Assembly: GCA_040954595.2 (NCBI GenBank)
Contig: CM082578.2
Span: 11,973,166 to 12,037,165 of the forward strand
DNA: 64,000 nt
Source: Balanoglossus misakiensis
Lineage: Eukaryota > Animalia > Hemichordata
Direction: 5' to 3'
Positions 23,601-35,478 of the stretch are shown one piece after another (the stretch's first letter is position 1; every line of letters starts with the position of its first letter). The notes under the pieces are model-generated. The model had not been told where the DNA came from, made no database searches, and was given only the letters and a program-made list of their open reading frames with translations. Made by a program: the position numbers and the translations under genes.

Positions 23601-26600
23601 AGCTCTCTTTCCCCCCAAGTACACTGTATTTAAAATTCTTATCGCGCGCTTCAAGATGAGGGATTCCCGTCAAATCGACGGAGATTATGTCTTAGTGTTT
23701 TATACAGTATCCTGTAGCCGTCAAGAGGTATTGATCAAACGTTCCAGTAAGGCGATATAGCATCGAAGAAGCCTTTTCATGTAATCAATTAACACCTAGG
23801 TATAGATGAACGCGGCCGCACCATACTTCAGGAATGGCGATTACTGTTAACGAAGTTCACCTCAGGTGAACGACGACCGTGTGATGAAACTGCAGAAGTA
23901 CGAATTAGCTTTTTTCTCGTCGTTTCACGTTCCTCTGGCAATAATAACACGGGGGTTTTTCACCAAAGTTTGGTTCCAAGTGAATGGGACCAAAACTTTC
24001 AACAGGGGGAAACACAACTCTCCAGTGCCATTCCCGATCTTTCAGAGTACCTAGCCAAGCAGTCCTTGTAACTTACAGTGGAGAATGGTCTTTGCTTTGT
24101 GATCTAGTTCGCCCCTATAGTTTTTGCACTTAGGTGAAGTTGATTGCGTTCTGTAGTCCAGCATTGTGCGCGATAATCCGTCGCCGTTTTATCCATATTT
24201 TAAAGGGACCCACGCCGTAACGTTTTGCTAGTAATGATCAGTATTTTTGTCCTGTGTATCAAGTTCTACTCCCCACAGCATGCCAATATGCCCCGCATTC
24301 TACTTTCCGACAGAGCCCGAGTATAAGTATGTGTAACGACAACTGAATTCTAGTCCAGACTTTGACTTAGATTTGCACAGTCAGATGTTTGCAAAAATAA
24401 AAGGTAAAGAATAATTGCAACGACTGCAAAGTGTCTCAACTGGGTTCACCGCGGTGTGGACGTGACGACGGCATTCAAAACTCGTCTACATGCTGCGAAT
24501 ATCCAATGGCGCTTGCCCTCGACACGGGCTGTCTGCCTGTCCCATCGCATCGAAACAACGACTTGTCACTTCATTATTTTGGCGGGAGACGAGCGCAGTA
24601 TAAAGCCCGTTTTATGCACTTATAAGATACTCAAGTATATGTGTGTAAGTGCAGAGTCGTCAACATTTACTGTCCAATCCAGATGACGTCATATAAACAG
24701 TAAAACCATTTTGATGTATTGGTAAAACTATCATGTATTACGTATCGCTCGGCGGTGTTAGCGGCGCGTTGCTGCCCGCGACCTCCAGAAGGCAACGTGG
24801 ATGGGAAATTAAGCACTGTACCTGTTCAATGCGCTCGTTACTTTTCTAATTTCATACACCTTGTTGGTCATCATTCATACTGTACTAGTGGCCATAAAAT
24901 TAGCGCTAAACATGCAAGTTTTCGCGCTGAATAATAAATTTACGCCGCCAATTTGAAAATTACATCGGCGCTAATTTCTTTCGTGTGTTCTTGTTTTATT
25001 TTTTTACTGTCCCGGCAATTTCAAGTATCAACCGCGTCATATTTCATGGTCTCGATGCCACTCGCCTTGTCAAAGTTCACACTGCTTTTGCTCATTACGA
25101 GGCAGTTACGTGTCCCGATGATCGTCTAATCCGCACGGCTACGACTGCAAGTAATCAATTTAAGACACACATATATATTCCAAATCGTATAGGCGTGCAA
25201 CCCACCTGTCAATGACCGACGCAGCAAGAAAACAAGATAACTCTATTCCTTTCAGACGAGTTCTTTAACTATGACACCCGTCTTTTGTGAGGCGCACGGA
25301 CACTATACGTGCCAGACCTTCCTGCTCAATTAACCGACTCAATTTCATTACATATTATAGAAGTTTCATTCGGTAAAGCTGTACTTTTTTCAGCTCTAAT
25401 CAATACGAGCGTCGCCACTTGGTCCGGATTGATCGAAAACAACACAGCTTACCGCGGTAAACTCGCACGTATGGCGTATCAGACGAAGAAATTGGTAGCT
25501 CCTAATTAGAGGGCAGTGAGATCTCCCATTTATTCTGGTCACAGGTTTCTTCTCAAAAACGAGTACTTTCAACTTCGATAAAGCGCAGTAAGGGCTATCA
25601 TACATTCTAGTTAGGGACTGTTGTGTCAATGTTATTTCTATGCATTGTAGTCTGGACACAGGAGGTGCACACCTGTGTATCTATCGCAGAGTTTTCGCAA
25701 AAATGTAACCTGCCCGAAATGAAGAAATTCAAGTGTCATATATACATGTATAATTGGCATTGGAATCTATGTAACATTCTTTTAACCCGTCAAAATTGCG
25801 ATAGACCTTAAAAACTACCTGATTTAAAACATTCTGGGCCTACGCACTGCATATTACTCATTAGCATGCAAATTTCCACCAACTACCTAGAAGTAGCGTT
25901 TTGCATATAATCAGCATCTCTACCGCCTTGAATAAACTCTGGCGAGGCCGTAAAATATGTTTTCTAAATTACGTTACGTATGTAATAGGTTTTGGATGAA
26001 TTGAATACCCGCACTTTTCTATATAATAACTTACTTAAAGTCCTCGTATAATTGATAATTCAGAATCCCGTGGATGTTACCAAACCTTGTGCGCCACTGA
26101 GTTATGGAAACGTGTTTCAGCGATCATTTTTATATTAACTATGCAAATTTAACCTCGGTTTTGCACAGAACACTCCAGAAATACCGATCAAGCACGGTCC
26201 CTGCTAACTTTACATTCATCGCAGTACTTCGAGAAGAGAGTGTGTGATAGAGAGACGGGCCCACTGCGTCGTTGAATTTACGAGAGCTAAAACTGCATGT
26301 TCGCGAAAATCCCGCAGATGTCACATATTCTCACACGAACGCTGCGACCGTGACCAAGTCGTGAATTTATTTATTGCAGACACGCTGCAACGTGTTACAG
26401 CCATGAATAATGTTTTTTTTCTCAAGTGGCGATGCAAAGGACCCGGGACCCAGATATGGCAGAGAGGTTCTGAACTGCCATCCCACAATGCATTTCGCGC
26501 AGAGAGGCGTTCCACGTCAGCGTTCTAGTATTAAACACCTATACATCGTTTTCTTTTCCTTCAAGTAAAATACAGTCAGAGAAGTGACACCTGTCCGCGG

Positions 26601-29210
26601 GATGTTCTGTGTGACCGCCTTTTTCTACGAGGCTATGCATTTCTTTCTTGTCCCCCTCTCCAATCAGTAGAGTCTGTCAGTGCAGACACTCTCCCGAGCT
26701 CCATGCATCATTTCAACTCGATTGCGACAGTCAGGCCACATCATCGTCATTAAGTGGCACTATCACGGAGAACGTGACGGCACCTGCCCACCTGAAGTAA
26801 ACGCTGTGAAGAAGCACTCAATATCCAATACAACGCGTTTTTACAGGTCTCCTCCCTGTGAAGACATGTTCCATGAATCGCCGGCGCTTCAATCATTCTT
26901 TTTATCATCTCGCGGGGGTAACAGTGAAAAAATTTGGCACCTGCCCACAGGACGTGAACAAGGCATTGTCTGAAATTCTGAACAAACCACGTGACCCGCA
27001 TTATACAAATCAAAGTCAATCTATTTTTCCCTACGTCCCCTTCAATCTCGTCTCAACTGGGTATACCCGCGAAGAGATGCGCCATGCATCACACTTTAAC
27101 ATCATTACGGCGGCCATGCATCATCTTCTTCTTCACAGTGAGAGCGTTAGAAGTGGCACCTGCCCGCAGGACGTGAACAATCCAAGACGCCCTAAACAGC
27201 AGCAGAGGCTTGCCCCTGACTTCCTGATTCGAAATCCGGAAATTGAACGAAAGAAAATATCAAGACTGAGTAGGTCTAATAAGTCGGGGTATAACCGGTC
27301 GGTATAAATTGAAAAGATCTTCTCGGGTAGTTAATTTTACGATTCCCCAGGTCGATCGTCATCAGTGTTACATACAAAAAAGGGGAGTCGTGAATGTGAG
27401 CGGCCGTTCACCGCGATTTTAGTTGAAGTTCGAACAAAAATAAACAACCACCTGAACTTCTACGACGACGTTATATTTTCCAATCAGCTTCGAGGAGTGA
27501 TCAAAGCCTCACCCACGAAACCGTCCATTGCTTACGTTACCTTACCGCATGAATTGGTTTCGATATTATCAGAGATTTCCTTTGTGGGGAAAAAAGAAAG
27601 TAGACATTTGCAAGGTGATTTCATGCATTTTAGATGCAATTATAGACCTCTAATATATGTGATGCAATCAAGTTTTTTAATAAAGCTCGCACAGCGAACG
27701 TGAGCCGACAGTTCCATACTATTGAGTTAGACTGTAACTTACCCCATGTTAGGGTCATACTGTACGAAGAAGCCGCGTTTAGGTGACTGCCGAGAGAAAG
27801 GGAGACTCAAGCATGAATCTACTTGAGTGCCCCCGCAAATTGACGAGGAGGTATAGTGTACTAACATTATAACAAGAGGTGTACTTTTAAGCGACATTGG
27901 ATATTAAATTAAAACACGCGCACGGTAAACGCAGTCTCTTCGTTAAAGGAGCATAGGGTGCATAAGTCTTTCTGTCAGAGTATGCGCAGCACAGACAAAG
28001 GAAACCCCCTTCTAATTTTTTATGATTGCGCATGAGCGACGAGGATTTTTAACATACAAAACGAGGACTGACCATCTCCCAGCATTGTTTCTGTCCCATA
28101 TATAAATATTTCCCAATGATTTTGCATTCTCTGCAAAACAGACTATTAAACTCAGCGTTACCCGTGGGATTTGTTAGAAATAATAACATTGGATGTCTCT
28201 GGCAAAGTGACAGTGGATTGACACCCAAGTTCTGGGTCGGGTTGTCATTTGCCCGGGAATCGTGGCCCCAATTAAATGAAACGCCTCCCTGCTTTCCAGT
28301 TGGGAATACCTCTTCATCGAGGGAATCATTGTATATGATTGCATTTTTTTTCAATACACACTGTGTGTTATAACGTAAAATGAAATAAAAAACGAGCATT
28401 TGCGCACTGCCAGCCACCGCCTGCTTCTCCCGATCAAAATCAATCTGTTTAGTATAATTGAACTTTTTCTTTCTTTAAAATAGGCGTCTTCTTTGGAGAA
28501 ACATGACATATTCATGGATAATTAATCATTTTCAATGATCCAATCGATCACTTTCTCTGGGGATTCACTTGGACATTCGTCAGCTGCGATTTTATTTTGT
28601 AAAAAAAACCTATTTTTTTGGGAACAAATCGCCAGTAGATCGAAGATGTAGATAAAGTTAAGCCCGTTCTCTCTAATTCTTTAGGGAAAATCCGCGAACA
28701 AAATGGCATCCCGGAGTACGGGCGGGAATGACTTCTGATTGGGGGTTGGGTGTGGGAGGAGAATTATGAAAGTTATCGATCATCGTGTTTTTTAAGACAT
28801 CGCTTCTGTCACGAGGCTCTAATAACAAGAATGTGTGATTGATGAGGAATTCGAATATGATGAAGCCCGGGAGATATGTTATTTCCTTATCCGAAGTAAA
28901 ATCAAATATTGTAGTGAGCGACTGCGTTCGTTAGCTTGTAACAAATAATTTGATCACTAAGATAACGCTGTGTTTTCATCAACATGCGCAGACGCTTGTC
29001 GTTTGAGTCTAAATAAGGCAAGCGTAAAGGTACAAATGTAGTTAGATCAGCGCAGACGAGGTAAACACACTAAAGTTGCAGCGAACTGTTCAAAGACTAG
29101 TAAAAAAACATTCCGACGAGATCATTAAATCACTTACTTGATGTAGACGTCGCCTGCATCAGAATCCAGATTGCGAAATAAAACGGCCAGGTTAGTCGCA
29201 TAACAGCCAT
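3463..29210 (-). CDS. Giant non-classical cadherin (Fat/Dachsous/CDH23-like architecture), 27 coding exons, ~3122 aa, ~20 EC repeats + membrane-adjacent domain + TM + long tail
   Basis: Exons 5'->3': 29138-29210, 22064-22302, 21093-21315, 19495-19815, 19051-19275, 18370-18507, 17717-17883, 17367-17484, 16814-17050, 16329-16609, 15890-16007, 15213-15449, 14737-15017, 14492-14609, 13883-14119, 13189-13469, 12977-13088, 12558-12794, 10332-10612, 10078-10198, 9709-9948, 7367-9521, 7025-7153, 6562-6876, 6259-6305, 5724-6020, 3463-5603. All introns are GT-AG and phase-compatible; total 9369 nt (divisible by 3). Repeated xE, DxD, LDRE/LDYE and DxNDNxP cadherin motifs. Orthology cannot be assigned without a search. 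Confidence 0.92.
5724..6305 (-). CDS. Cadherin exons 25-26: 6259-6305 and 5724-6020 (proximal cytoplasmic tail)
   Basis: KVISEKEDVHWATKV|GADHRATLLPTDF...VRGRVYDSVGQETG; strong splice sites, phases 2/1/1. Confidence 0.82.
6562..7153 (-). CDS. Cadherin exons 23-24: 7025-7153 and 6562-6876 (membrane-adjacent domain and TM helix)
   Basis: DDLQYQLSKIFPENRVAIMSV...QQRRLLQSFES|TSTATLYVIS...WIQTTAGILCMVLICLLFLIIVILLCTYVYRTKCN; phases 2/2. Confidence 0.88.
7367..9521 (-). CDS. Cadherin exon 22 (2155 nt, ~EC14-EC20 and start of membrane-adjacent domain)
   Basis: ORF 7363-9513 with serial LDRE/DxNDN motifs; acceptor aacag|, donor aa|gtaagt. Confidence 0.95.
9709..10198 (-). CDS. Cadherin exons 20-21: 10078-10198 (121), 9709-9948 (240); diverged fifth cassette-like unit
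   Basis: VVMTTSISES...DNDLGGNANVTYDII|GGNTDGLF...LDYE...PSNEFTP...LPEDTSP; same 0-1-1 phases as the cassette. Confidence 0.9.
10332..13088 (-). CDS. Cadherin cassette unit 4: exons 12977-13088 (112), 12558-12794 (237), 10332-10612 (281)
   Basis: Paralogous to unit 1; 2-codon deletion in the first exon; enlarged intron 10613-12557. Confidence 0.92.
10730..11520 (+). mobile_element. Highly decayed Penelope-like retroelement remnant in cadherin intron 18
   Basis: Collinear frameshifted motifs: FNSDPSI/QFTV..E (~10737-10780) and SV..RKP.DT (~10830-10860), like RT thumb/connector NSxHPSIxFT and SVYRKPT; KCQC..HY(I)G (~11252-11280), like GIY-YIG; ESHWKALMTVEIKPFDNRK (~11357-11412); then degenerate hammerhead-like ctgatgag...cgagacgtt (~11445-11467). 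This intron is far longer than its paralogues in the other cassettes. Confidence 0.5.
13189..14609 (-). CDS. Cadherin cassette unit 3: exons 14492-14609 (118), 13883-14119 (237), 13189-13469 (281)
   Basis: Paralogous to unit 1; same exon sizes and phases. Confidence 0.92.
14737..16007 (-). CDS. Cadherin cassette unit 2: exons 15890-16007 (118), 15213-15449 (237), 14737-15017 (281)
   Basis: Paralogous to unit 1; same exon sizes and phases. Confidence 0.92.
15593..15630. mobile_element. 24-bp palindromic insertion with 7-bp direct-repeat flanks (putative DNA-transposon footprint)
   Basis: cgtcgac|CATAGAGGTACTAGTACCTCCATG|cgtcgac. Confidence 0.5.
16329..17484 (-). CDS. Cadherin cassette unit 1: exons 17367-17484 (118 nt), 16814-17050 (237 nt), 16329-16609 (281 nt)
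   Basis: Two EC repeats; phases 0-1-1-0. Confidence 0.92.
17717..17883 (-). CDS. Cadherin exon 7
   Basis: ILYIVGPIDRED...LDVNDNAPIFES; phases 1/0. Confidence 0.9.
18370..18507 (-). CDS. Cadherin exon 6 (alternative in-frame acceptor possible at 18513)
   Basis: SENQTVGTPVVDIGGEDCDSSRTADGQISYTWLSGNDLKQFHIDETG; tandem acceptor tagcaatag. Confidence 0.85.
19051..19275 (-). CDS. Cadherin exon 5
   Basis: DVTKFGVDGNGTLYV...VTDHG...PINECPVEF; phases 1/1. Confidence 0.88.
19495..19815 (-). CDS. Cadherin exon 4
   Basis: TGSDFFHIDGQSG...PLDRET...DVNDNAPSC...NCHDNDEG; phases 1/1. Confidence 0.9.
21093..21315 (-). CDS. Cadherin exon 3
   Basis: LLIGVEDQEN...TSVNEHAPVF...VHENTTVG...ASDEDSSD; phases 0/1. 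Confidence 0.9.
22064..22302 (-). CDS. Cadherin exon 2 (EC1)
   Basis: VNAVLVCDPDFYYASFSEG...LACTSDGDSDNLTYSVLSGNINDDF...SLDFEATQSYK; missed by the ORF track. Confidence 0.88.
22311..22374. repeat. (GA)n-rich microsatellite (polypyrimidine tract of cadherin exon 2 acceptor)
   Basis: Direct reading. Confidence 0.9.
26581..27180. repeat. Degenerate dispersed repeat cluster with five CACCTG E-boxes in cadherin intron 1
   Basis: tggcacctgccc(a/g)caggacgtgaacaa at 26935-26961 and 27154-27180 (26/27 identical); weaker copies near 26585 and 26779; recurring ccatgcatca. Confidence 0.7.
29138..29210 (-). CDS. Cadherin exon 1 (signal peptide)
   Basis: gaagATGG start context; MAVMRLTWPFYFAIWILMQATSTS; donor a|gtaagt in phase 1 joins exon 2 as KVNAVLVC. 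Confidence 0.8.
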
Positions 29211-30558
29211 CTTCAGTGTACGCGAATTAATATGCTGTTGATGCTCATATCGCAACTTTGCAAATAACCGTTACCTCTCTTACTCGATTCAACAGCGGGA
29301 GTGCCAAAGCCCGCCGCTGGGCTCATTTTTGGCAGACGCAAACCTTTGAAAAGCAATGAACAGTCGATTCTATTGTGTGCGAGGGTTTGAAGTGATCACG
29401 CGGATTCTACCCGGCATTAGATACGCCATGGTTTTCTGAAGGGAGCTGACCATTATACAATGGTCAGTCCGTTTTGTTTTTGTTTTGCTTTGTGTTTTTG
29501 CATTCCGGATCGGGGAGGAAACCGGGATACTGGAAGGTATCGCGTTTCGCGCGATCCTTGCACTCCCGGGACACTCGCAACTTGACAAAAATGTCGCATT
29601 GTCAAAACAAAGACCGAGCAAGGCAATAACCGAATTCGGTGAAACGGTCATCGCCTGTCTTTGTTCACCGCTGTCTGTTATTGAGACGACTGTTTGTTCC
29701 TCAGAGGTGCCTCATTAGCGACCAATAAACCGTACATTTCCTCCGACAAATAGCGAGTTAAATGTTATTCCCGTTAGCTCTACCACGGCAACATTCAACA
29801 GAAGCTAGGAACTGACCGCCTTCGTCGTAACTGCAAAGTTTGATATGCTTAAAATCGAACGACCCGATTACTAAATTGACTGGCGAAGCACCCCTTACAC
29901 AACCCGTCAGCAAAAGTTTCTTACACAGCAGTTCAAAGCACAATGCACTTGGATTTCCCTCGCCGTAATTTCGCTTTCTAACATTTTCAGACGTCCGTAA
30001 AAAACTTGAAATTGGGGTCGAAGGTCATGGAAATTCAGTCGAAAGTACTCACTTCAGACTTTGAACAGGTCCATTATCATTCTCTAAATCTAAAAATTTC
30101 CGTCTTATCCATAAGAAGTCACATTTTTACGATGATATATCGTTTGCAATATGAAAGCGTGGTATTGAGGCGATATTTCATTCTTCACTAGAAATATACC
30201 TTCATTAAGAATGTTGAAGCAAGCATTTGTTTTCCTTTTCCGACGACAGGAAACACGTGAGGGCGCTTTGATATTTTAAGGTCATATGTTTGTGGCTTGA
30301 AAAGTTTAGAGAAAATTGCTTTCGGGGACACTTTGTCAGAGACGAGAAAGTTGTATAGTTCTTTTAAAAAAAGAGCCACCCTAACAACCAAAAAGACATA
30401 TGGCTGTTCAATCATCTCGTTGTCAAGAAACACCCATGTGTTTTACAATCTTGCCACGAACAAGTAATGGCGGCCATTTTGAATTATGGAGTTTACTGGT
30501 TACGAGGACTTGTGACGCAACCATATCGATGTCAACATTTCACATTTCTCGTCACAAG

Positions 30559-30996
30559 GACTTGCAGTTTCATCTTCGTATGAAGGATGTTTTTTATCTG
30601 TAAGCTCAGCGTCCTATTGATTTGATTGGTTGAAGGTCAGGCCGGATGAATGAATATGTTTCTTTTTCTCAGTCGGAGGCGTATGTTTAAAGAAACACGC
30701 TGACTCTCTCATTATTCCGTCAATAACTTCATACGGTTCCCGCCAAGATCGGCCAAGCTTTCTGGTGTCGCTACCGAGATCCTTGACCAGTGTCGTGATG
30801 GAAACCCACATCTCTGTCACGTACTGTGTTTGTGTTTTAAGGGCGTCAGCGTTATCTTTTTTTTCTCGTTTAATTTGATTTACATATGAACTGTAGTTTC
30901 TCTATCTTCATTAGATAGGGTGTTTGCATTCGTAAGCTCAGTGTTAAATTGATTCGATTAGTTGAAGGTCGGACCGAAGTTATGAATATGTTCTTT
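30559..30996. repeat. Diverged ~105-bp direct repeat (30559-30666 / 30888-30996) upstream of the cadherin start
   Basis: Collinear shared blocks gtaagctcag, attgatt.gatt.gttgaaggtc.g.ccg.a, tgaatatgtt. Confidence 0.65.
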
Positions 30997-31628
30997 ACAT
31001 AGATAGATAGATACATGTATATACAGACATACATGCATGCTTGCTTGCACATACATACTACAATGGATATACCAATGTCGTTTGATAGAGTACGTGCAAA
31101 AAGAGTAAGTGGTCTCCACTTAAAGCAATCGAATATTCAAGCAGGGTGCGCTTATGAAATGCAATATTAAATACAGTACGTGACAAAGATGCGGTTTCCT
31201 ACCTGCGGTGGTCAAGGCTCTTTGCAACAATGTGAGAAGATTGTCCCGTTTTTTTTTTATAACGAAGACCTTTCGGAGTCAATGCAACAGAACTGATTAT
31301 GGAGGTAGATTTCAAATAGAGTTGACTTTAATAAAAAAGAACACGAATGACCTCAAACCACTCAGAACCATCTAATTGCACCTGCGTAATCTATTTCAGA
31401 TGCTTCTATTTAAACCAACAATGTGCTCGGTTAGACAGAGGCGCTTTGTGCAGATGCGAATAAAAGGGGAGATATTTGAAAGTCGTCGGTTTTATGCAAT
31501 CAATGCATGTGGTCACAGGTTTAATAAATTGTGGTGCGACATTGATTGAAATTCTCCATTTTAACTATATAAAGTCTGGTGGGCTTGGTGGGAAGAGATG
31601 GAGATACAGAGAGTGGGAATGATGGGGA

Positions 31629-31629
31629 A

Positions 31630-31662
<33 letters not shown>

Positions 31663-31688
31663 TAGACACACAGGCAGGCAGGCAGACA
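31629..31688. repeat. (CAGA)n/(CAGG)n microsatellite
   Basis: Direct reading. Confidence 0.9.
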
Positions 31689-32974
31689 TAAAAGTACACA
31701 CACTGAGACAGAAGAAGAGAAGAAGACAGGAGCACGAACGAAAATGTAATAGCATTAAAACCTTATATTTAATTAGCAGTTCTTCACCCACTTAAAACAC
31801 CGTGTACGTTCTCACACAAAATTCGATTCACAACTACAACTGACACACAATTGAAGGCTTCCCGATGATGCACTCTCGAGTGCGGCAGAGTTATATGCAC
31901 CTCGGGGTCAGGCCCCATTTTGCCATTTGCCCTTAAAGTGTGAATTCTGGCGCTCATCGCGGGAACTTCCACCTTTCTAAACGACTCTCCGAAATCAAAG
32001 AACGAGGATGGGTGGATTAGAGAGTAAATTAAAGTGCATCTGGCTTTCTTCCGAGGGTCGCCGGATCGAAGCTTCTCATATGTATGCAAAGGAGGAAGCG
32101 CTAAATAATACTTGATGCCGATAGAGCCCATTTCTTAGGCCTGTCATATAAATTAACAGCGACTCTTACCTTCGATATCAACCCTGTACGTGATTTCCAA
32201 GTAATTAGCAGATCAGTGCCTGCCCAGTTACACACCAGTTTTATTTACGAAATACCGACCGCCATACCGGTAATACGACTGGAACTCCGCCTCATGATCC
32301 CCCCTTTTTGTACGGAGGAAAAGAATTGTCTGAGGGGGAATTGAACCGCAGTGAAATCAACAAATCCGACTTCATATTGTACTTTGGAGGAAGCAATTTA
32401 GCTATTTACTAATAAGATTTTCATTTCTGTGATGGTTTTTCATGCCACAGAGATCATCCAATGTCCACAACATGTCATGCTGTGAACCACAGCGATTGCC
32501 AATTAAAACATGCCTATAGCCCCACCTAGTGACTGAACGCGGTGGAGTGCTCCTGGTTGAGTTTTGATGTGTTGGCTGCAGGTTCAATATACTTTGTGTG
32601 GAAATGCACTTCCGTGCATAAAAGTGCAACAATTTACATATTTTACATCACCACTTCACGTGGAAAGTGTGGAATTCTTTTGTAGTGCCGGGTGCAGTCG
32701 ATATTTACCATTTTCTTCCTTTCATCGCTGCTCGTCAGATGACGCCTTCGGACCGGTTCGAAGCGTAATTAATTAAAAATTCCACAATGAAACATGTTTT
32801 TCCCCAAAACTATATAGATTGGAAATCGACTGTCTGCTATATAGAGTCGCGGACCGCGTTTTGGGTCGATACTATAATATCTTCCATCTAGAAAATCAAC
32901 ATTCAAAAGATCGGAAGTGAATATAAACCTCGACGGTTTGAAATTAATACTTCAGGCATTTAATAACTCATTGA

Positions 32975-33032
32975 CTCACTCATTCACTACCACCAACCCA
33001 CCCACCCACCCACCCAAACCACCAGCCCACCC
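32975..33032. repeat. (CACT)/(CCCA)n simple repeat
   Basis: Direct reading. Confidence 0.8.
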
Positions 33033-33603
33033 AAATCCTACTCATCAGTTAGTCAGTCAGTTAATCAGCAATTAATAAGTCTGCGAACGCGAGTCATATT
33101 GAGGCTAGTTTTATATTAAGTAAGCTTAGCATAAAAAGATAGAAAGATACCTACTTCTTCGTCTAAACAGTCAACAATTGGAGTCATGTCAGTCGTTGAG
33201 GAGTCAAAGGAAGTTAAAGTCAATCACCGGGTCTGTCATGTTGACAGTAAGACTCTTGGCATCTTTAATCGTTCCAGGTGGATAAGCCTGGGCCTGAAAT
33301 CGAATAATCACTGACGCCAATTCCATTTGATCTTTTCACGCATTTCTGAAAGAACTCAACACGCTTTATGTGAGAAAGAGAATCGCTAGACCAGATCCAA
33401 TAGGTAAATAAAGCTGCGAAACAGCTTAATTCAAGAGTGGTTAAGAATTAGGTGTTACATTATTCCCTAAGTCTCTTTTTTCTATATCCGGAAGCGAAAG
33501 TGTGTGGCATTGTTGGGTGTGAATGGGGCGCGGAACTTCTGTATTAAATCGGTTTTTGCTGTCCATTTTTGAGTTATACTATTGAAGTGACGGTCTCAAA
33601 CTA

Positions 33604-33800
33604 ATGATGATGATGATGATGCGCCGGTCAACCATATGGCAATATATGATACCATATTACGTCATTTGAGCATGCGCACAACAACAACAACAAAAGCAAC
33701 AGTAATAATAACAACAAACAAGAACAACAACAAAATAATAATAGTGTGCAAATGCTTTCACAAAAACAATGTCGAAAATCGAAATCATAATAATAATGAT
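33604..33800. repeat. Compound (GAT)n/(CAA)n/(AAT)n low-complexity tract
   Basis: Direct reading. Confidence 0.8.
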
Positions 33801-35478
33801 GACCACAGTGTATGGATTGACGGTGTGATGACGTTGTTACTTATTTCTTTGCAATGAGGTGTTTTCATTCTCAGAACAGTACCACTGGCTTGTAACACTG
33901 CATTAACACAGCTTGGCATTTCGTCATATTCGAGCAGTTGCGCGGAGTTAAACAGCTTCATTTGTCAACGTGCACGGTGAAGCGAACACATCCGACCAGA
34001 ACTGACGGCAGAGGCGGCCTCAAAGCGCCGAGGAGGCTAACGTTTGAGTTACACCGTGAGGTTTTTTTTTCTTTTCCTTTGCATCACAAGGCGCTCGATT
34101 ATAGGCTGTACTTAAAGGCGCAAATAGAATACATCACTTAACTGGTGATGCGTGTCTTTTCGCAGACATGTAAATCACAGTAAAGATACCTGCGAGATGC
34201 GCAATCTTCCCTACATGTCATATTGCTACTTAGCTAGCACCTAATTACCTCCGAAATAAATTCATCTCGCGTTGAAATATATGTGTCATTTCCACACTAC
34301 TTACGACAATTTTTTCACGCACACGACTTCGCTTAATGCAACTTTAATTGATCACGGAAATTATCATATTTTATACAGATTGTATTTTTCGCGTTGCGCC
34401 GATGCCATACTATTTATCGCGGGAATCACGAGACTGCGCCTTCCAATACGCCTGGGGAGTAAAAATTCCGATATGGCAACAAGTACACCTAGTTTGTTCA
34501 AAATTTGAATTGTATTCGATTATTGTTGACGTCGGCACCGTGACGCTCCGCACCCACCGCTGGACCGAGGATTTAATATTTAGCATCCGTTTAAGAATCT
34601 TTCGCTCCCGTAACAAGGAAGACATTCTGGGACACCCTCCGCCGTAAGTGTTTTTTTCTTAATGTAAATTTATTCGAGCCCGCTATGGGAATTACCTGGA
34701 GAGATTTTTTGGAAATTGCCCAGGCAATGCCTGGTGCGTCTCGACTCGAACGCATGCGGGATGGTGCCATCTTAGCAATTCATTATCGGCAACTGAAGGT
34801 AATCAACTCAAGCTTCCGTTCGAAGGCGCGGGTGAAATGATTGCGCGCCGTGGAGGAGCAACACTTCGTAACACGCCAAATGTTGTTAGTCTAATATTCC
34901 TCTGGTTTATTGCTCGGCGTGCGTATTAGCGCGCCAGAAGCCTCCAGGCGGCGTTCAACAATCCTCAAAGGAGGGTCAAATGCGCGGACGAGACAAGAAA
35001 TTCAGATAAAATCTTTTCTTCATAACCACGTTTTTTTTCGGAGAAAAAGTAATTGAATTTGGAGCTTAAATTCTAATCTTGTATCAGGTATGTTCCCGAT
35101 TTAATCTGCGTATGGATTTCAGCTTTACAAATTTCCTTGTAGTGGGTGTCTCCAGAGTACAAGTAATGTCAAGTAAAAAAAGTGTGAGCGCCAACAACTC
35201 TTTGTGTATGGACACCAACTTGACTTTGAAACGCCAATAACTCATAGTTAAAAATCAATATACTCGATGCAGAGAGGACAACGTGAATCCACGGACAGCC
35301 GACGGTGTTTGAAGGGCGTCAGTGGATATTGTGTGAGACGCACGTTGCTTTTGAAATTTCATCCAGACCCGCGAGTGTTCATGTCGAGCGGTTATGTAAT
35401 GTTAGCGGTTATGTAACCGTAGGAAATGGGGAAGGAATCTCTTCACATAACACCTGTAAAGGAGGATCGCCGAGGAAG

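Noticed and set aside
26581-27180. CRISPR-like array
   Set aside because: Only two good copies, ~190 bp apart, irregular spacing, eukaryotic intron, no cas genes.
26858-27307. 149-aa ORF with repeated GTCPQDVN
   Set aside because: The peptide repeat simply reflects the DNA repeat; no splice or domain support.
3463-29210. Assigning a gene symbol (FAT4, DCHS, CDH23, PCDH15)
   Set aside because: The EC count (~20), lack of EGF/LamG and the tail match none of these exactly; a phylogeny is needed.
31202-31250. Alternative cadherin signal-peptide exon ending at a phase-1 donor
   Set aside because: No nearby in-frame ATG or hydrophobic core; 29138-29210 fits much better.
35282-35302. REST/NRSE site (ccacggacagc)
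   Set aside because: Only the right half matches; the TTCAGCA half is absent.
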